This document shows, in pieces, positions 19,988 through 30,144 of a stretch of 64,000 bases of DNA. The DNA comes from a virus, in IMG/VR virus record IMGVR_UViG_3300045988_101578, positions 1 to 64,000 of that record. The stretch is one strand, 5' to 3'. The position numbers were made by a program, and so were the translations under genes. Within the stretch, counting starts at the first letter, position 1. Every line of letters begins with the position of its first letter. A model generated the notes under the pieces. The model worked only from the letters and a program-made list of their open reading frames with translations, was not told the DNA's origin and ran no database searches.

Positions 19988-20437
19988 ATGAACGGATATA
20001 CTAACAAAGAAAGAAAAGGAAACGATAACAGAAAAAGAAAAGAATATGTATATGGTAAATATCAAAATCCTCAAGTTTGGGGAATATATTTTGCAGATTT
20101 GCCGAAAATCGAAGGTAGCCATATCTTGCATGGAAAAAGACCAGTTATTGTATATTCTAATAACATCTGTAACAATACGAGCACAGAGATTAACGTGTAT
20201 CCAATTACAAAAAAATTAAGGAACTGGATACCAACACATGTAACCATTTATCCAAATACCAGTAATGGATTAAAAATGGTATCACAGGTGTATTTAGAGC
20301 AAGGAAGAACAATTCCAAAGAATAATCTTTTAGAGTATTGGGGAAGAATATCTGATCTATCTTTAATGCTAAAAATAGGACATGGCATTTTAATACAAAA
20401 CGGCATGTTATCGTACATGAATGCAATGGCATCCTAG
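19988..20437 (+). CDS. MazF/EndoA (PemK) family endoribonuclease toxin-like protein
   Basis: GIYFADLPKIEGSHILHGKRPVIVYSNNICN ... IPTHVTI ... SQVYLEQGRTIPKNNL closely parallels B. subtilis EndoA ([29 protein letters not shown] ... LPTHVEI ... ILLEQIRTIDKQRL); start placed at ATG 19988 (RBS gaggga); the track start 19928 lies inside the 52-bp repeat. Confidence 0.75.
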   Translation: MNGYTNKERKGNDNRKRKEYVYGKYQNPQVWGIYFADLPKIEGSHILHGKRPVIVYSNNICNNTSTEINVYPITKKLRNWIPTHVTIYPNTSNGLKMVSQVYLEQGRTIPKNNLLEYWGRISDLSLMLKIGHGILIQNGMLSYMNAMAS

Positions 20438-20439
20438 AA

Positions 20440-21468
20440 ATGGAGAATATTATGAATAATAAAGAATTGATACAAAATTATATAGATTCTCACGTATCAG
20501 AATCACGTCGCCCAACATGGAATTGGTTATTAGATTCTGATATTGCGGACGACAATGAATCTGGGTTAACGTATGCACCAGGTACAATCCAAGAGGCTAT
20601 ATTATCAGATACTAGAGGTAAAAAAACCAAAAGTATGAATTCTATTAAAAAAAGATATGACCAGCTCGTTAAACTATATACTTATGCATATGAACAAAAT
20701 TACATTAAATATAATCCATTTGTTAATGATAAATTTATAAACTTGCAATTAGCAGTTGATATATATTTCTCAAATAGAGTTAATGTTAATTATGTTACAC
20801 CAGATAAAATAAATGCGTTTATTGCGAATCTGATGTCGTGCAATGCATCAGCCGATACCAAATTAAATACTAGATTTCACATTGTGAGTTTATATAATGG
20901 GATAAATGGAAAGGAGTTAAGAAATCTAAAATTCTCAGATATTAATCAAAATGATTTAACAATTTTTGGGAAACCAGTCTCCAAAGATTTTATCGAGACA
21001 TTGAATGAATATAAATTGAAAATGGGAGATACGAATATATATGATGATTTTGTATTAATACCACGAAAAAAATGTAATAATATAGAAGAATATCAGGCAG
21101 AGCAAAAGAGGATATATAATAATGTGCAGTCTCAATTAGAATTAACTGGTAACACTTTATCTTATGAGAAATTGACAACCATTGATGTTATTAATTCTGG
21201 TTTTATACAATATTTAAAATCTAAAATGGATATCAAGGCAATTGCAGATTTATATTATATTAAATCAAAAGAAGGAATCGCACGATCTGTAATCGCACGT
21301 CAATTTAGTGATATTGCAATTGATTTTTATTATAATTATTATATATCATATAGATTAAAAAAGAAACAATTTAGTGATCGTCAAACTGTAATTGGTAAAA
21401 CTATTGGTTATTTATATAAAGATGAGGACTATAAGAATTATCGTGTACATCAAATCATGACAGAATAA
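20440..21468 (+). CDS. hypothetical protein, integrase-like box-I motif only (GKELRNLKFSDI); very AT-rich
   Basis: no HxxR or Tyr motifs recognisable. Confidence 0.4.
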   Translation: MENIMNNKELIQNYIDSHVSESRRPTWNWLLDSDIADDNESGLTYAPGTIQEAILSDTRGKKTKSMNSIKKRYDQLVKLYTYAYEQNYIKYNPFVNDKFINLQLAVDIYFSNRVNVNYVTPDKINAFIANLMSCNASADTKLNTRFHIVSLYNGINGKELRNLKFSDINQNDLTIFGKPVSKDFIETLNEYKLKMGDTNIYDDFVLIPRKKCNNIEEYQAEQKRIYNNVQSQLELTGNTLSYEKLTTIDVINSGFIQYLKSKMDIKAIADLYYIKSKEGIARSVIARQFSDIAIDFYYNYYISYRLKKKQFSDRQTVIGKTIGYLYKDEDYKNYRVHQIMTE

Positions 21469-21482
21469 AGGAAGGTATATGT

Positions 21483-21848
21483 ATGGACAATCAAATATTA
21501 GAAATGTTGGCAGCGAATCAATCAAATCAAATGCATATTGATGTACTTGATTTACACTCATCAGAAATGTCATCGTGGTTTCTGAGTGAATATAAGATTC
21601 GAGCAGATGATAGAAAGATGAAGATCTATGGCAAAGATAAAGATCTTTCATATCATTGGATCGAATTTATTCAAGATGAGAATTTGTTCTCTCATATTAG
21701 GCAGGACGACATATTTGACATAATCAAATGCCTGCAATTTACATACAAAGAGAGATACAATGTTGGAATAAAAATACAGACAATAAAAAAGAAAGTAGAA
21801 GTCTTTGATAAAACTTCTACTTTCACACAAACTAAAAATTTCAACTAA
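21483..21848 (+). CDS. hypothetical protein
   Basis: ORF. Confidence 0.45.
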   Translation: MDNQILEMLAANQSNQMHIDVLDLHSSEMSSWFLSEYKIRADDRKMKIYGKDKDLSYHWIEFIQDENLFSHIRQDDIFDIIKCLQFTYKERYNVGIKIQTIKKKVEVFDKTSTFTQTKNFN

Positions 21849-22040
21849 ACAAATCATAGATAACAAAAAAAGATTTTTTGAATCTACCGTGTTGGCAGCA
21901 CGATAGAAAATCGAATTTGATATTTAGAATTGTTTAATCTGAAAGGATAATAATATCCTTAAAATCATTATAACAATTCTAAACATGTTCGTCAACATGA
22001 AAATTTTTCCAAAAACTACAATTAAATATAGGAGTGATGT

Positions 22041-22691
22041 ATGAAATACATAATTACGAATGAAGAGTTCTATGTGAAAAGAGATCATGCAAGAAATAAA
22101 TACGTTCGTGATAATCGTAAGTCTGAAGCTACTCAATTTACCTCCAAGCAAGCAAAGCACATTTTAGGTTTGAAGCATAAATATACGTGGATGAAAGACG
22201 GATTTTATGCCAGAGAAATTGAGCTAGGTAAAGTTGGAAAACCCATGGAATCTAGCGAAATAATGCGTAAAGGTAATGGAAATTGCTTTATGGACTGGGA
22301 ATGTGATAATACATTGATCGACAACATAGAGACTGAGGAAAGAGCTATAGTAGGGCTTTTAGCATATGACTCAGATCAATTAGGAGAAAAGAAGTTTGAG
22401 TTAGAACAGGCATTATCATATGCCGATTCTGCCAGAAGTGATATTCTTCATGCAATTGAGTTTAAAAAGATTGATGCTGCGAAACGTGCCGTGATTGTTG
22501 GGTATCTTAAAACCTTACAAGAATTGCATAGAAAGATCAAGAATTGTATTCGATACATAGAAGTGATGCAGAATTGCATGGATAATCAGAAAGACATATG
22601 TACTTTGAAGAAAGAATTAAAAGATGCAGAGCATAAACCTTATGTCGGCAGAACAAAGTATTATGAGCTGATTCAGAATATAATCGGGTAG
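22041..22691 (+). CDS. hypothetical protein
   Basis: RBS aggagtg. Confidence 0.5.
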   Translation: MKYIITNEEFYVKRDHARNKYVRDNRKSEATQFTSKQAKHILGLKHKYTWMKDGFYAREIELGKVGKPMESSEIMRKGNGNCFMDWECDNTLIDNIETEERAIVGLLAYDSDQLGEKKFELEQALSYADSARSDILHAIEFKKIDAAKRAVIVGYLKTLQELHRKIKNCIRYIEVMQNCMDNQKDICTLKKELKDAEHKPYVGRTKYYELIQNIIG

Positions 22692-22887
22692 AGTTCTTCC
22701 TTATTATATATGATGACTCGCACAGGTATTTGTGCAAAATTGAAATGTAAATATTATGTTAGAAAGGAGAAAAACTCCAATACTGTCTGGGTATTCGAGA
22801 TGGGTACGCAGGTATTGAGTGTCGATGAATGTCGATACCATAAAAAATGTAAAGTAACAAATTGATACATTAGAAAAGGAGAATTAT

Positions 22888-24231
22888 ATGGACGAAAATA
22901 AAACGGGCGTTTGGATACAAAACAGTATGAATGGCAAAATAATTAAATATAATCCACGAGATGATATGGCACCATTTAATGTAGGAGATGTTGTTGAAGT
23001 AGAGAATGACGATGTATATGCGATGTTTAAAATTGAAACAGTAGAATTCAAAGGAAATCTTCCAATAACCGAAACTTATATGATAAAGCCGCATGGAAAG
23101 GTTTCTAAAAAAACGCAATCTTGGCAATATGTTACATTTGATGATGCTGAGTCGATTGAAATGGATGTGTATAGAGATGGTAGAGTAAATATTATTGTTC
23201 CATATTGGTATGAAAAAGTGCGATATAGACTACAAAGTATAAAGTCGACAGAGGCAACCATTATAATCAGAAGAATCACAAGAAAAGAATCAATGAATGA
23301 AAATCTTGAGATTCATACAGGTACGATTTTAGCTGACGAAATAAAAATTGGAACATTAGCCCCACCACCACGCTCAGAAAGAAGAGTGTCTGCTATGCCC
23401 TACTATCAGCAAAAACCAATTACCGCAATGTCAGAAGCAGAAAAGAATTGGCTTGGTGGACTCTCAGCCCCAGGGGAATCAAGGATGATACATGACGACC
23501 ATGGGTTGAGTCCTTATGCACCAACACATATTGTTTGGAATGGTGAAACGAGTGCGACTTTAACGTTTTCGTCAGAAAAATTGGATGAAATCATGAGTGA
23601 ACTTACAGAAAACGAAGAGGAGAAAGATATGTATACAGAAAAATTAAAAGACAAAATCAAAAAAGTTATTTATGTAGACAAGGAAATGACGGTCAAAGAA
23701 CCAGTGTTAGATGGTAATGGTAAGCCGCTCGAAGAAGATGGTAAACCAGTAACTAAGTATAAATTTTACAGAGGTATGGTTAAGGTGGTTTGGAACTGCG
23801 GTACTGAAACTGTTGCTTATACAAGCAGGTTCGACAGATTTAACAGAGAAGAAGGTTTCAAGACTTGTGTATTAAAATACCTGTTTGGTAACGCAGGTGC
23901 TCATGATGCAGTTGATTTTTGGACAAACAAATATGTGAAATATCCAAGTAGCTGCATTGAAGTGACAGAAAATTTATGCAAACTGGAAGAGATCATCGAG
24001 AATGATAAGCACAGAGAAGAGGAACGCAAAGGTTTACCTCATGCAAAATTCTTTGTCGTAAAGAAAGAAGAATTAATGTTTGATCCACTTAAAGAATCAT
24101 ATGAGGACGAGAATGGTCAAAAGATTAAGGAATTTAAGAAACTTGCTAAGAAGTATTTCCCAGAACTCAAGGGCAAAGAAATTTATATCAATGACAATAA
24201 GAGTTATGAAATCTTCGTAGCAATTAAATAA
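22888..24231 (+). CDS. hypothetical protein (447 aa)
   Basis: RBS aaaggag. Confidence 0.55.
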   Translation: MDENKTGVWIQNSMNGKIIKYNPRDDMAPFNVGDVVEVENDDVYAMFKIETVEFKGNLPITETYMIKPHGKVSKKTQSWQYVTFDDAESIEMDVYRDGRVNIIVPYWYEKVRYRLQSIKSTEATIIIRRITRKESMNENLEIHTGTILADEIKIGTLAPPPRSERRVSAMPYYQQKPITAMSEAEKNWLGGLSAPGESRMIHDDHGLSPYAPTHIVWNGETSATLTFSSEKLDEIMSELTENEEEKDMYTEKLKDKIKKVIYVDKEMTVKEPVLDGNGKPLEEDGKPVTKYKFYRGMVKVVWNCGTETVAYTSRFDRFNREEGFKTCVLKYLFGNAGAHDAVDFWTNKYVKYPSSCIEVTENLCKLEEIIENDKHREEERKGLPHAKFFVVKKEELMFDPLKESYEDENGQKIKEFKKLAKKYFPELKGKEIYINDNKSYEIFVAIK

Positions 24232-24253
24232 CAAAATGAAAAGGAGATAAATT

Positions 24254-26323
24254 ATGTGCACACCAATGAATGAAAACTGGAGCAATTTTTTAAACAAATT
24301 GTCAGAGCGTTTAAATAAGATGCTCGACTATGTAGAGAAAAACAATTCTACATTGTATGAAACTGATATTGATAAAGATGTGCTGTGGGAAGTATATCTG
24401 AGCAGTTTTCCTGAAGGAACTAATAAGATGTATCGCAAGCGACGAGAATATGACTGTGGTCATTGCCGTAACTTTATTAAAACAATCGGTGGAGCTGTGG
24501 CAATTGTTGACGGCAAGATTCATACAATTTGGGAAATTGATACTGAGGATGCCGTATTTCAGCCAGTAGTTGATGCTTTACGAACATATGTAGAATCAAA
24601 GCCGATCAAAGATATTTGGAGACATTTTACAAATACAGTTGGTACAAAAACCACAAATGAGTATACAGAAGATAAGCAGATTATCAAATGGACTCATATG
24701 TATACACCGATTCCAGAGAGATTACTAGAAAGAAAATCCGATATTCCTACAGCAAAAGCAAAAGTGAGAGATCGAAAGAATGTGTTTAAAAGATCACTTG
24801 ATGAAATCACAGAAGAAGCTGTTGATACAGTGTTAGAGCTGATCGCTTCAAATACTCTTTATAGAGGACAGGAGTGGGAAAGAGTCTTAAAGGACTTTAG
24901 AAAATATCAGCGAGAATACAATGGTTTATCCGATGAAGAAAAAGATACATATACATGGACAAAAGCCATGACCATCGGAGATGTAATTGGTCGTATTAGA
25001 AATCATAGCATCGGTACATTACTTGTGAATATCAGCGAAGGCATGGACTTAGATAATGCAGTAAAAGCCTATGAAAATGTTGTAGCTCCTGCGAATTACA
25101 AACGACCAAAGGTAATTTTTACGAAGAAAATGCTTGAGGATGCAAAGAAAACTGTAACCGATTTAGGATATATGGATTCATTGCAGCGTAGATTTGCAAG
25201 ACTTGACGATATTACGGTAAACAATATTCTGTTTTGTAATCGTGATGCAGCACCACGTATCCAGGGCGGCTTAGATATTTTTGATGAGATGAGTAAGGAA
25301 GTCGCTGTAAATCCTAAGAAATTCTCTAAAGTAGAAGAGATCAGTGCAGAGAAATTTGTATCAGATGTTCTTCCAACCGCAAAAGAATTAGAAGTCTTGT
25401 TTGAAAATCGACATAAGAAGAACATGGTTTCACTGATCGCACCTGTAAACAAAGATGCCAAGAACATGATGAAGTGGAGCAATCCTTTCAGTTGGGCATA
25501 TTCAGGAAATATGACAGATAGCGAGATGAAAGAACGAGTTAAGAACGCAGGCGGAGCAGTTGATGGTGTCTTAAGATTTTCAATCCAGTGGAACGCAGGA
25601 AAAGATTGGAACAGAGATGACTTTGACGCACATTGTAAAACACCTTGTCAGCATATTTTCTTTAGTCATATGTTTGATTCTGGAACACGAGGCAGACTTG
25701 ATGTTGATGTGATTAATCCAGTAAAGGGGAAACCTGCTGTAGAAAATATTACATGGGCGGATAAATCCAAGATGGTTGATGGAGATTATGAATTTTTCGT
25801 ACACAATTATTGCCATAGCAACGGTACATCAGGATTTACAGCAGAGATTGAATTTGATGGTCAGATTTATGAATTTGAATACGATCAGCCTTTGCGACAG
25901 GGACAAAACGTGCCAGTGGCTACAGTTACATTAAAAGATGGAGTATTCACAATCAAAGAGAAACTTCCATCTACAACATCTTCAAGAGAAATCTGGGGTG
26001 TCAATACAAATCAGTTTGTGCCAGTAACAGTAATGTGTTATTCGCCTAACTATTGGGATGAACAGACAGGTATTGGACACAAACATTATCTGTTCATGTT
26101 AAACGGATGTGTAAATGAAGATACTCCAAATGGATTCTTCAATGAGTTCTTGAAACAGGAATTAGTACAGCACAAGAGAGTATTCGAGGCTTTAGGAAGT
26201 AAGATGCATGTCGCAGATGATCAAAACCAGTTATCAGGAATTGGTTTTAGTTCTACAAAACGAGATGATGTGATCGTCAAAGTCAAGGGCGCTACTGAAA
26301 GAGTTCTTAAAATTAAATTTTAA
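24254..26323 (+). CDS. large hypothetical protein (689 aa)
   Basis: RBS aaaggag. Confidence 0.55.
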   Translation: MCTPMNENWSNFLNKLSERLNKMLDYVEKNNSTLYETDIDKDVLWEVYLSSFPEGTNKMYRKRREYDCGHCRNFIKTIGGAVAIVDGKIHTIWEIDTEDAVFQPVVDALRTYVESKPIKDIWRHFTNTVGTKTTNEYTEDKQIIKWTHMYTPIPERLLERKSDIPTAKAKVRDRKNVFKRSLDEITEEAVDTVLELIASNTLYRGQEWERVLKDFRKYQREYNGLSDEEKDTYTWTKAMTIGDVIGRIRNHSIGTLLVNISEGMDLDNAVKAYENVVAPANYKRPKVIFTKKMLEDAKKTVTDLGYMDSLQRRFARLDDITVNNILFCNRDAAPRIQGGLDIFDEMSKEVAVNPKKFSKVEEISAEKFVSDVLPTAKELEVLFENRHKKNMVSLIAPVNKDAKNMMKWSNPFSWAYSGNMTDSEMKERVKNAGGAVDGVLRFSIQWNAGKDWNRDDFDAHCKTPCQHIFFSHMFDSGTRGRLDVDVINPVKGKPAVENITWADKSKMVDGDYEFFVHNYCHSNGTSGFTAEIEFDGQIYEFEYDQPLRQGQNVPVATVTLKDGVFTIKEKLPSTTSSREIWGVNTNQFVPVTVMCYSPNYWDEQTGIGHKHYLFMLNGCVNEDTPNGFFNEFLKQELVQHKRVFEALGSKMHVADDQNQLSGIGFSSTKRDDVIVKVKGATERVLKIKF

Positions 26324-26343
26324 TATAAAAAGGAGATTGAATT

Positions 26344-26733
26344 ATGACAACAGAAAATTTATTCGAAATGGCAACAAGAAGTAAATTGAGATTCCCATCA
26401 ACAAAGGGCGAATTATCCGTAGAAGATTTATGGGATTTATCTGATAAAGATTTAGACGTGGTTTATAAAAATCTGAAAGATCAGGAAGTTAAATCTTCAG
26501 AAGAAAGTCTGTTGGATGATGCAAATGTTGATCCAAAGTTAACAGCTGCGATTGGTATTGTGAAGTATATCTTTATAACAAAACGTAATGAGAGACTTGC
26601 TGAAAAGGAACGTATTAATAAGAAACTGACACAGAGAAAATATATTGATGCTCTTTCCAAGAAACAGGATGAGGCTATTGAGAAGATGTCAGAAGCAGAA
26701 TTACGTGCGATGATTGATTCTTTAGAAGATTAA
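26344..26733 (+). CDS. hypothetical protein
   Basis: RBS aaaggag. Confidence 0.5.
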   Translation: MTTENLFEMATRSKLRFPSTKGELSVEDLWDLSDKDLDVVYKNLKDQEVKSSEESLLDDANVDPKLTAAIGIVKYIFITKRNERLAEKERINKKLTQRKYIDALSKKQDEAIEKMSEAELRAMIDSLED

Positions 26734-26790
26734 GATGATATACCTGCTCGTCATATTTGACGGGTGGGTGCCTAAAGAAAGGAGACTGGA

Positions 26791-27258
26791 ATGATTTATA
26801 AATTAGAATTAGGCGACTGGTCGGAAGATGGGCATAAAATATCAGAAAGTTTTTTATTTGATTGTAACTATGATATTCATAAAATTCGACAAGCGTATAA
26901 AGACAGCTGTAAAAAGCTAGGAGTAGGTTTTAATTGTAATGAAGATTATACGGGGCTAGGTCTTGGTCGTAGAAGTGAGAGACTGATTTGGACAGAGTAT
27001 CAAGAATCAGAAATTAGCGAAACAGCATTTGAAATTTTAAATAATTCTGGGTGTTTTAAAGAGGTTGATTTCTATAAAGAAGATGGCGTGTATTATATCG
27101 AAGAAAGGAAAGACTGTGCAAAACTTATTATGAATTTTATCGCATTGTCTATGCCTAAAGATTTTCGATATAAGCTTGTCAAAGAGCGAAAAGTTGAATC
27201 GATTAATAGTTGGAATCATGAACTGAGACAGCACTTTGGGTATGGATTATTTGATTAA
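26791..27258 (+). CDS. hypothetical protein
   Basis: RBS aaaggag. Confidence 0.5.
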   Translation: MIYKLELGDWSEDGHKISESFLFDCNYDIHKIRQAYKDSCKKLGVGFNCNEDYTGLGLGRRSERLIWTEYQESEISETAFEILNNSGCFKEVDFYKEDGVYYIEERKDCAKLIMNFIALSMPKDFRYKLVKERKVESINSWNHELRQHFGYGLFD

Positions 27259-27288
27259 TAAAACAGTAATTTAAAGGAAGGAGAGAAA

Positions 27289-28251
27289 ATGAGACAGATT
27301 ACAGACACACATACAGGAGAAATTATCTCCGATACAGATTTAACATTGGAATACTTATTTGTTGGTGATTATGGCAAGGAAAACAACATTAAGGCAGATT
27401 TTCTTGGGTATGATAAACGAATTGAAAAAGTTGAACATAAACCAGTTGATATTAGAGAAAAATTAGTTGTGACTGTTTCGTCACAGAAAGGTTGCCCGAT
27501 GCATTGCAATTTCTGTGATTGCCCTAAACTTGGATTTAAAGGAAACGCATCGTTGCCAGAGTTAATGATGGAGATCACTTCTGGAATTGCTTTATCAGGA
27601 ATCAGACATGGAGAACGATTAAATGTACATTATGCAAGAATGGGAGAGCCTACATTTAATCAAAATGTAATTGCTTCGGCTAAACAGATTGCACATATGT
27701 TAGCAGATCCAGACAGCGATATACATTTCAACACATATCATCCAGTAATTTCTACAATGATGCCAAAGGCAAATAATAATTTAAAAGAATTTTTACATAA
27801 ATGGGTTAAAACTGGATTCGAATATGGTGGAGAAGATGGCTTTGGTCTTCAGTTCTCTATCAATACTCTTAATGAAGAACAAAGAAATGAAATGTTTCGA
27901 GGATGTTCATTATCTTTAACAGAGATCGGAGGCATTATTGATTGGTTGCCAATGCCAAAGAAACGTAAGTATACATTGAATTTTGCTGTTACATCCAAAA
28001 GTAATTTAGACGTAGATTTGATGAACAAGTATTTCGATAAGGAAAAATGCATTGTCAAGATTACTCCTATCCATGAAACAGTTGAAGCAGTTAACGAAGG
28101 ATATGAGATCGTAACAGATTTTGACGTATATGAAAAATTTGAACAACCACTTGTAAAAGACGGTTGGGATGTAATTGTATTTGTTCCGTCGAAAGAAGAA
28201 GACACAGACAGAATTACATGTGGAAATTCATTAATTGCATTAGGAAATTAA
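27289..28251 (+). CDS. radical SAM domain protein
   Basis: CPMHCNFC = CxxxCxxC cluster near the N-terminus, GxE-like motif downstream. Confidence 0.55.
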   Translation: MRQITDTHTGEIISDTDLTLEYLFVGDYGKENNIKADFLGYDKRIEKVEHKPVDIREKLVVTVSSQKGCPMHCNFCDCPKLGFKGNASLPELMMEITSGIALSGIRHGERLNVHYARMGEPTFNQNVIASAKQIAHMLADPDSDIHFNTYHPVISTMMPKANNNLKEFLHKWVKTGFEYGGEDGFGLQFSINTLNEEQRNEMFRGCSLSLTEIGGIIDWLPMPKKRKYTLNFAVTSKSNLDVDLMNKYFDKEKCIVKITPIHETVEAVNEGYEIVTDFDVYEKFEQPLVKDGWDVIVFVPSKEEDTDRITCGNSLIALGN

Positions 28252-28271
28252 ATTGAAGAGGATGATTAAAT

Positions 28272-28604
28272 ATGGAAGTTAAAGCAAAATGGACAGGTCG
28301 TGGTTTTGCACTCTGTATTGGAGAATGGAAGCTTTATGTTGATGGCAAAGATGTTACCGATAAGATTCCAGAAGACTTACGCACAGAACCTATGAATACA
28401 TATAAGAAATATGAGAGATGGTATTTCAAAGGTTGGGTTGAAGAATGGGAGTCATATTATGACGGACTGAAACAAGATGAGTGGATTGAGGCTAATAAGT
28501 ATTGGTTAGATAAAATTACAAAAGATATTGATGTTCAGCGCCAGATCTTCAAAGCAATCAATGAAGAGGATTTTCGCACTAATTCTTGTGGCGGATGTAT
28601 TTAG
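28272..28604 (+). CDS. hypothetical protein
   Basis: ORF. Confidence 0.45.
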   Translation: MEVKAKWTGRGFALCIGEWKLYVDGKDVTDKIPEDLRTEPMNTYKKYERWYFKGWVEEWESYYDGLKQDEWIEANKYWLDKITKDIDVQRQIFKAINEEDFRTNSCGGCI

Positions 28605-28669
28605 TAACAAGATTATGACATCTATATATGGTGTTGTGATAAATAAATTTTATAACAAAGGAGATATTT

Positions 28670-30130
28670 ATGGTTGAAGTAATTGGAACAGTGGTACCAG
28701 CGGTTATTGCGGTAGGTGGCGTAGGAGCTATTATCGGTAGCGGTTATGTCAAAGCAAGTCCAGATAAAGCTTATATTATTTCTGGACTTAGAAAGACACC
28801 TAAGACATTAATTGGTAAGGCAGGGTTAAAAATCCCATTCTTTGAAAAAGCAGATCATCTTAATCTTGAGTTAATTCCAATTGATGTTAAGACATCAAGT
28901 TCTGTGCCTACAGCAGATTATATCAATATCAATGTAGATGCAGCGGTCAATGTAAAGGTTAGCAGTAATCCAGAAAGATTAAAACTTGCAGCAGAAAACT
29001 TCTTAAATAAGCCAGTAGGCGATATTGGACAGGTCGCAAGAGAAGTCCTTGAAGGTAATATGCGAGAGATCGTTGGAAAGATGAGCCTCGAAGAAATGGT
29101 TTCTGATCGTCAGAAATTTGCACAGCTTGTTACAGAAAATGCGAAGCCAGACCTTGCTGCAATGGGATTAGATATCATCAGTTTTAATGTGCAGAATTTT
29201 ATGGATGATAATGATGTTATTGAAAATCTTGGTGTAGATAATGTTGTTAAAATTCAGAAGAAGGCTGCAATTTCCAGAGCTGAAAGCGAAAGAGATATTG
29301 AAAAAGCAAAAGCAATGGCTGAAAAAGAAGCGAATGATGCAAGGGTTGAGTCAGAAACAGCGATCGCAGAAAAGAATAACAATCTGGAAATTAAAAAATC
29401 TGAACTTGAGAAGATTTCAAAAGCAAAGAAGGCTGAGGCAGATGCAGCATACAAGATTCAGGAAGAAAAATCACGTAAAGAAATTGAAATTGTAACTGCG
29501 GATGCTAATATTATGCGTCAGGAAAAAGAAATTGAACTGAAACGTAAAGACGTTGAGGTAACAGAGCAGACATTAGATGCACAGATCAAGAAACAGGCAG
29601 AGGCTGAAAGATATGCCTCTCAGCAGAAAGCAGATGCAGATTTATATAAGAGACAGAAAGAGTCTGAAGCTAACAAATATGCCAAAGAAAAAGAAGCTGA
29701 ATCTACAAAATATGCTATGGAGCAGGAAGCTGAAGGTATTCGTGCAAAGGGTGTAGCAGAAGCCGAGGCAATCAAAGCTAAAGGTATTGCTGAAGCAGAA
29801 GCAATTGAAAAGAAAGCAGAAGCTATGAAACAGATGGGTAAAGCATCTATTGTAGAAATGATGTGTCAGATGTTCCCAGAAGCAGTTAAAAATGCAGCCG
29901 CACCATTAGGAAATGTAGGAAGTATCACTATGTATGGAGAAGGAAACACAACAAAATTAACAAAAGATATTATGAATGTTGTGAATCAGGTATCAGATGG
30001 TGTTAAAGGATCTACAGGTGTTGATCTTGCAAAGATGTTAAAAGATTTTGTTTCTGAAGATAACGAAGTAGAATCTACAGATAATGAAAATCTTGTAACA
30101 CCAGAGCCAGCAGATTACCGTGAGTTCTAA
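28670..30130 (+). CDS. flotillin-like SPFH/band-7 membrane protein with a C-terminal EA-repeat coiled coil
   Basis: N-terminal TM; SPFH-like core; AEAEAIKAKGIAEAEAIEKKAEAMKQ EA repeats as in FloT/YuaG. Confidence 0.7.
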   Translation: MVEVIGTVVPAVIAVGGVGAIIGSGYVKASPDKAYIISGLRKTPKTLIGKAGLKIPFFEKADHLNLELIPIDVKTSSSVPTADYININVDAAVNVKVSSNPERLKLAAENFLNKPVGDIGQVAREVLEGNMREIVGKMSLEEMVSDRQKFAQLVTENAKPDLAAMGLDIISFNVQNFMDDNDVIENLGVDNVVKIQKKAAISRAESERDIEKAKAMAEKEANDARVESETAIAEKNNNLEIKKSELEKISKAKKAEADAAYKIQEEKSRKEIEIVTADANIMRQEKEIELKRKDVEVTEQTLDAQIKKQAEAERYASQQKADADLYKRQKESEANKYAKEKEAESTKYAMEQEAEGIRAKGVAEAEAIKAKGIAEAEAIEKKAEAMKQMGKASIVEMMCQMFPEAVKNAAAPLGNVGSITMYGEGNTTKLTKDIMNVVNQVSDGVKGSTGVDLAKMLKDFVSEDNEVESTDNENLVTPEPADYREF

Positions 30131-30144
30131 TAGGAGAAATTATT

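Noticed and set aside
29241-29495. K/R-rich 84-aa ORF inside the flotillin gene
   Set aside because: It is a frame-shifted reading of the EA-repeat coiled-coil region and is an artefact of repeat composition.
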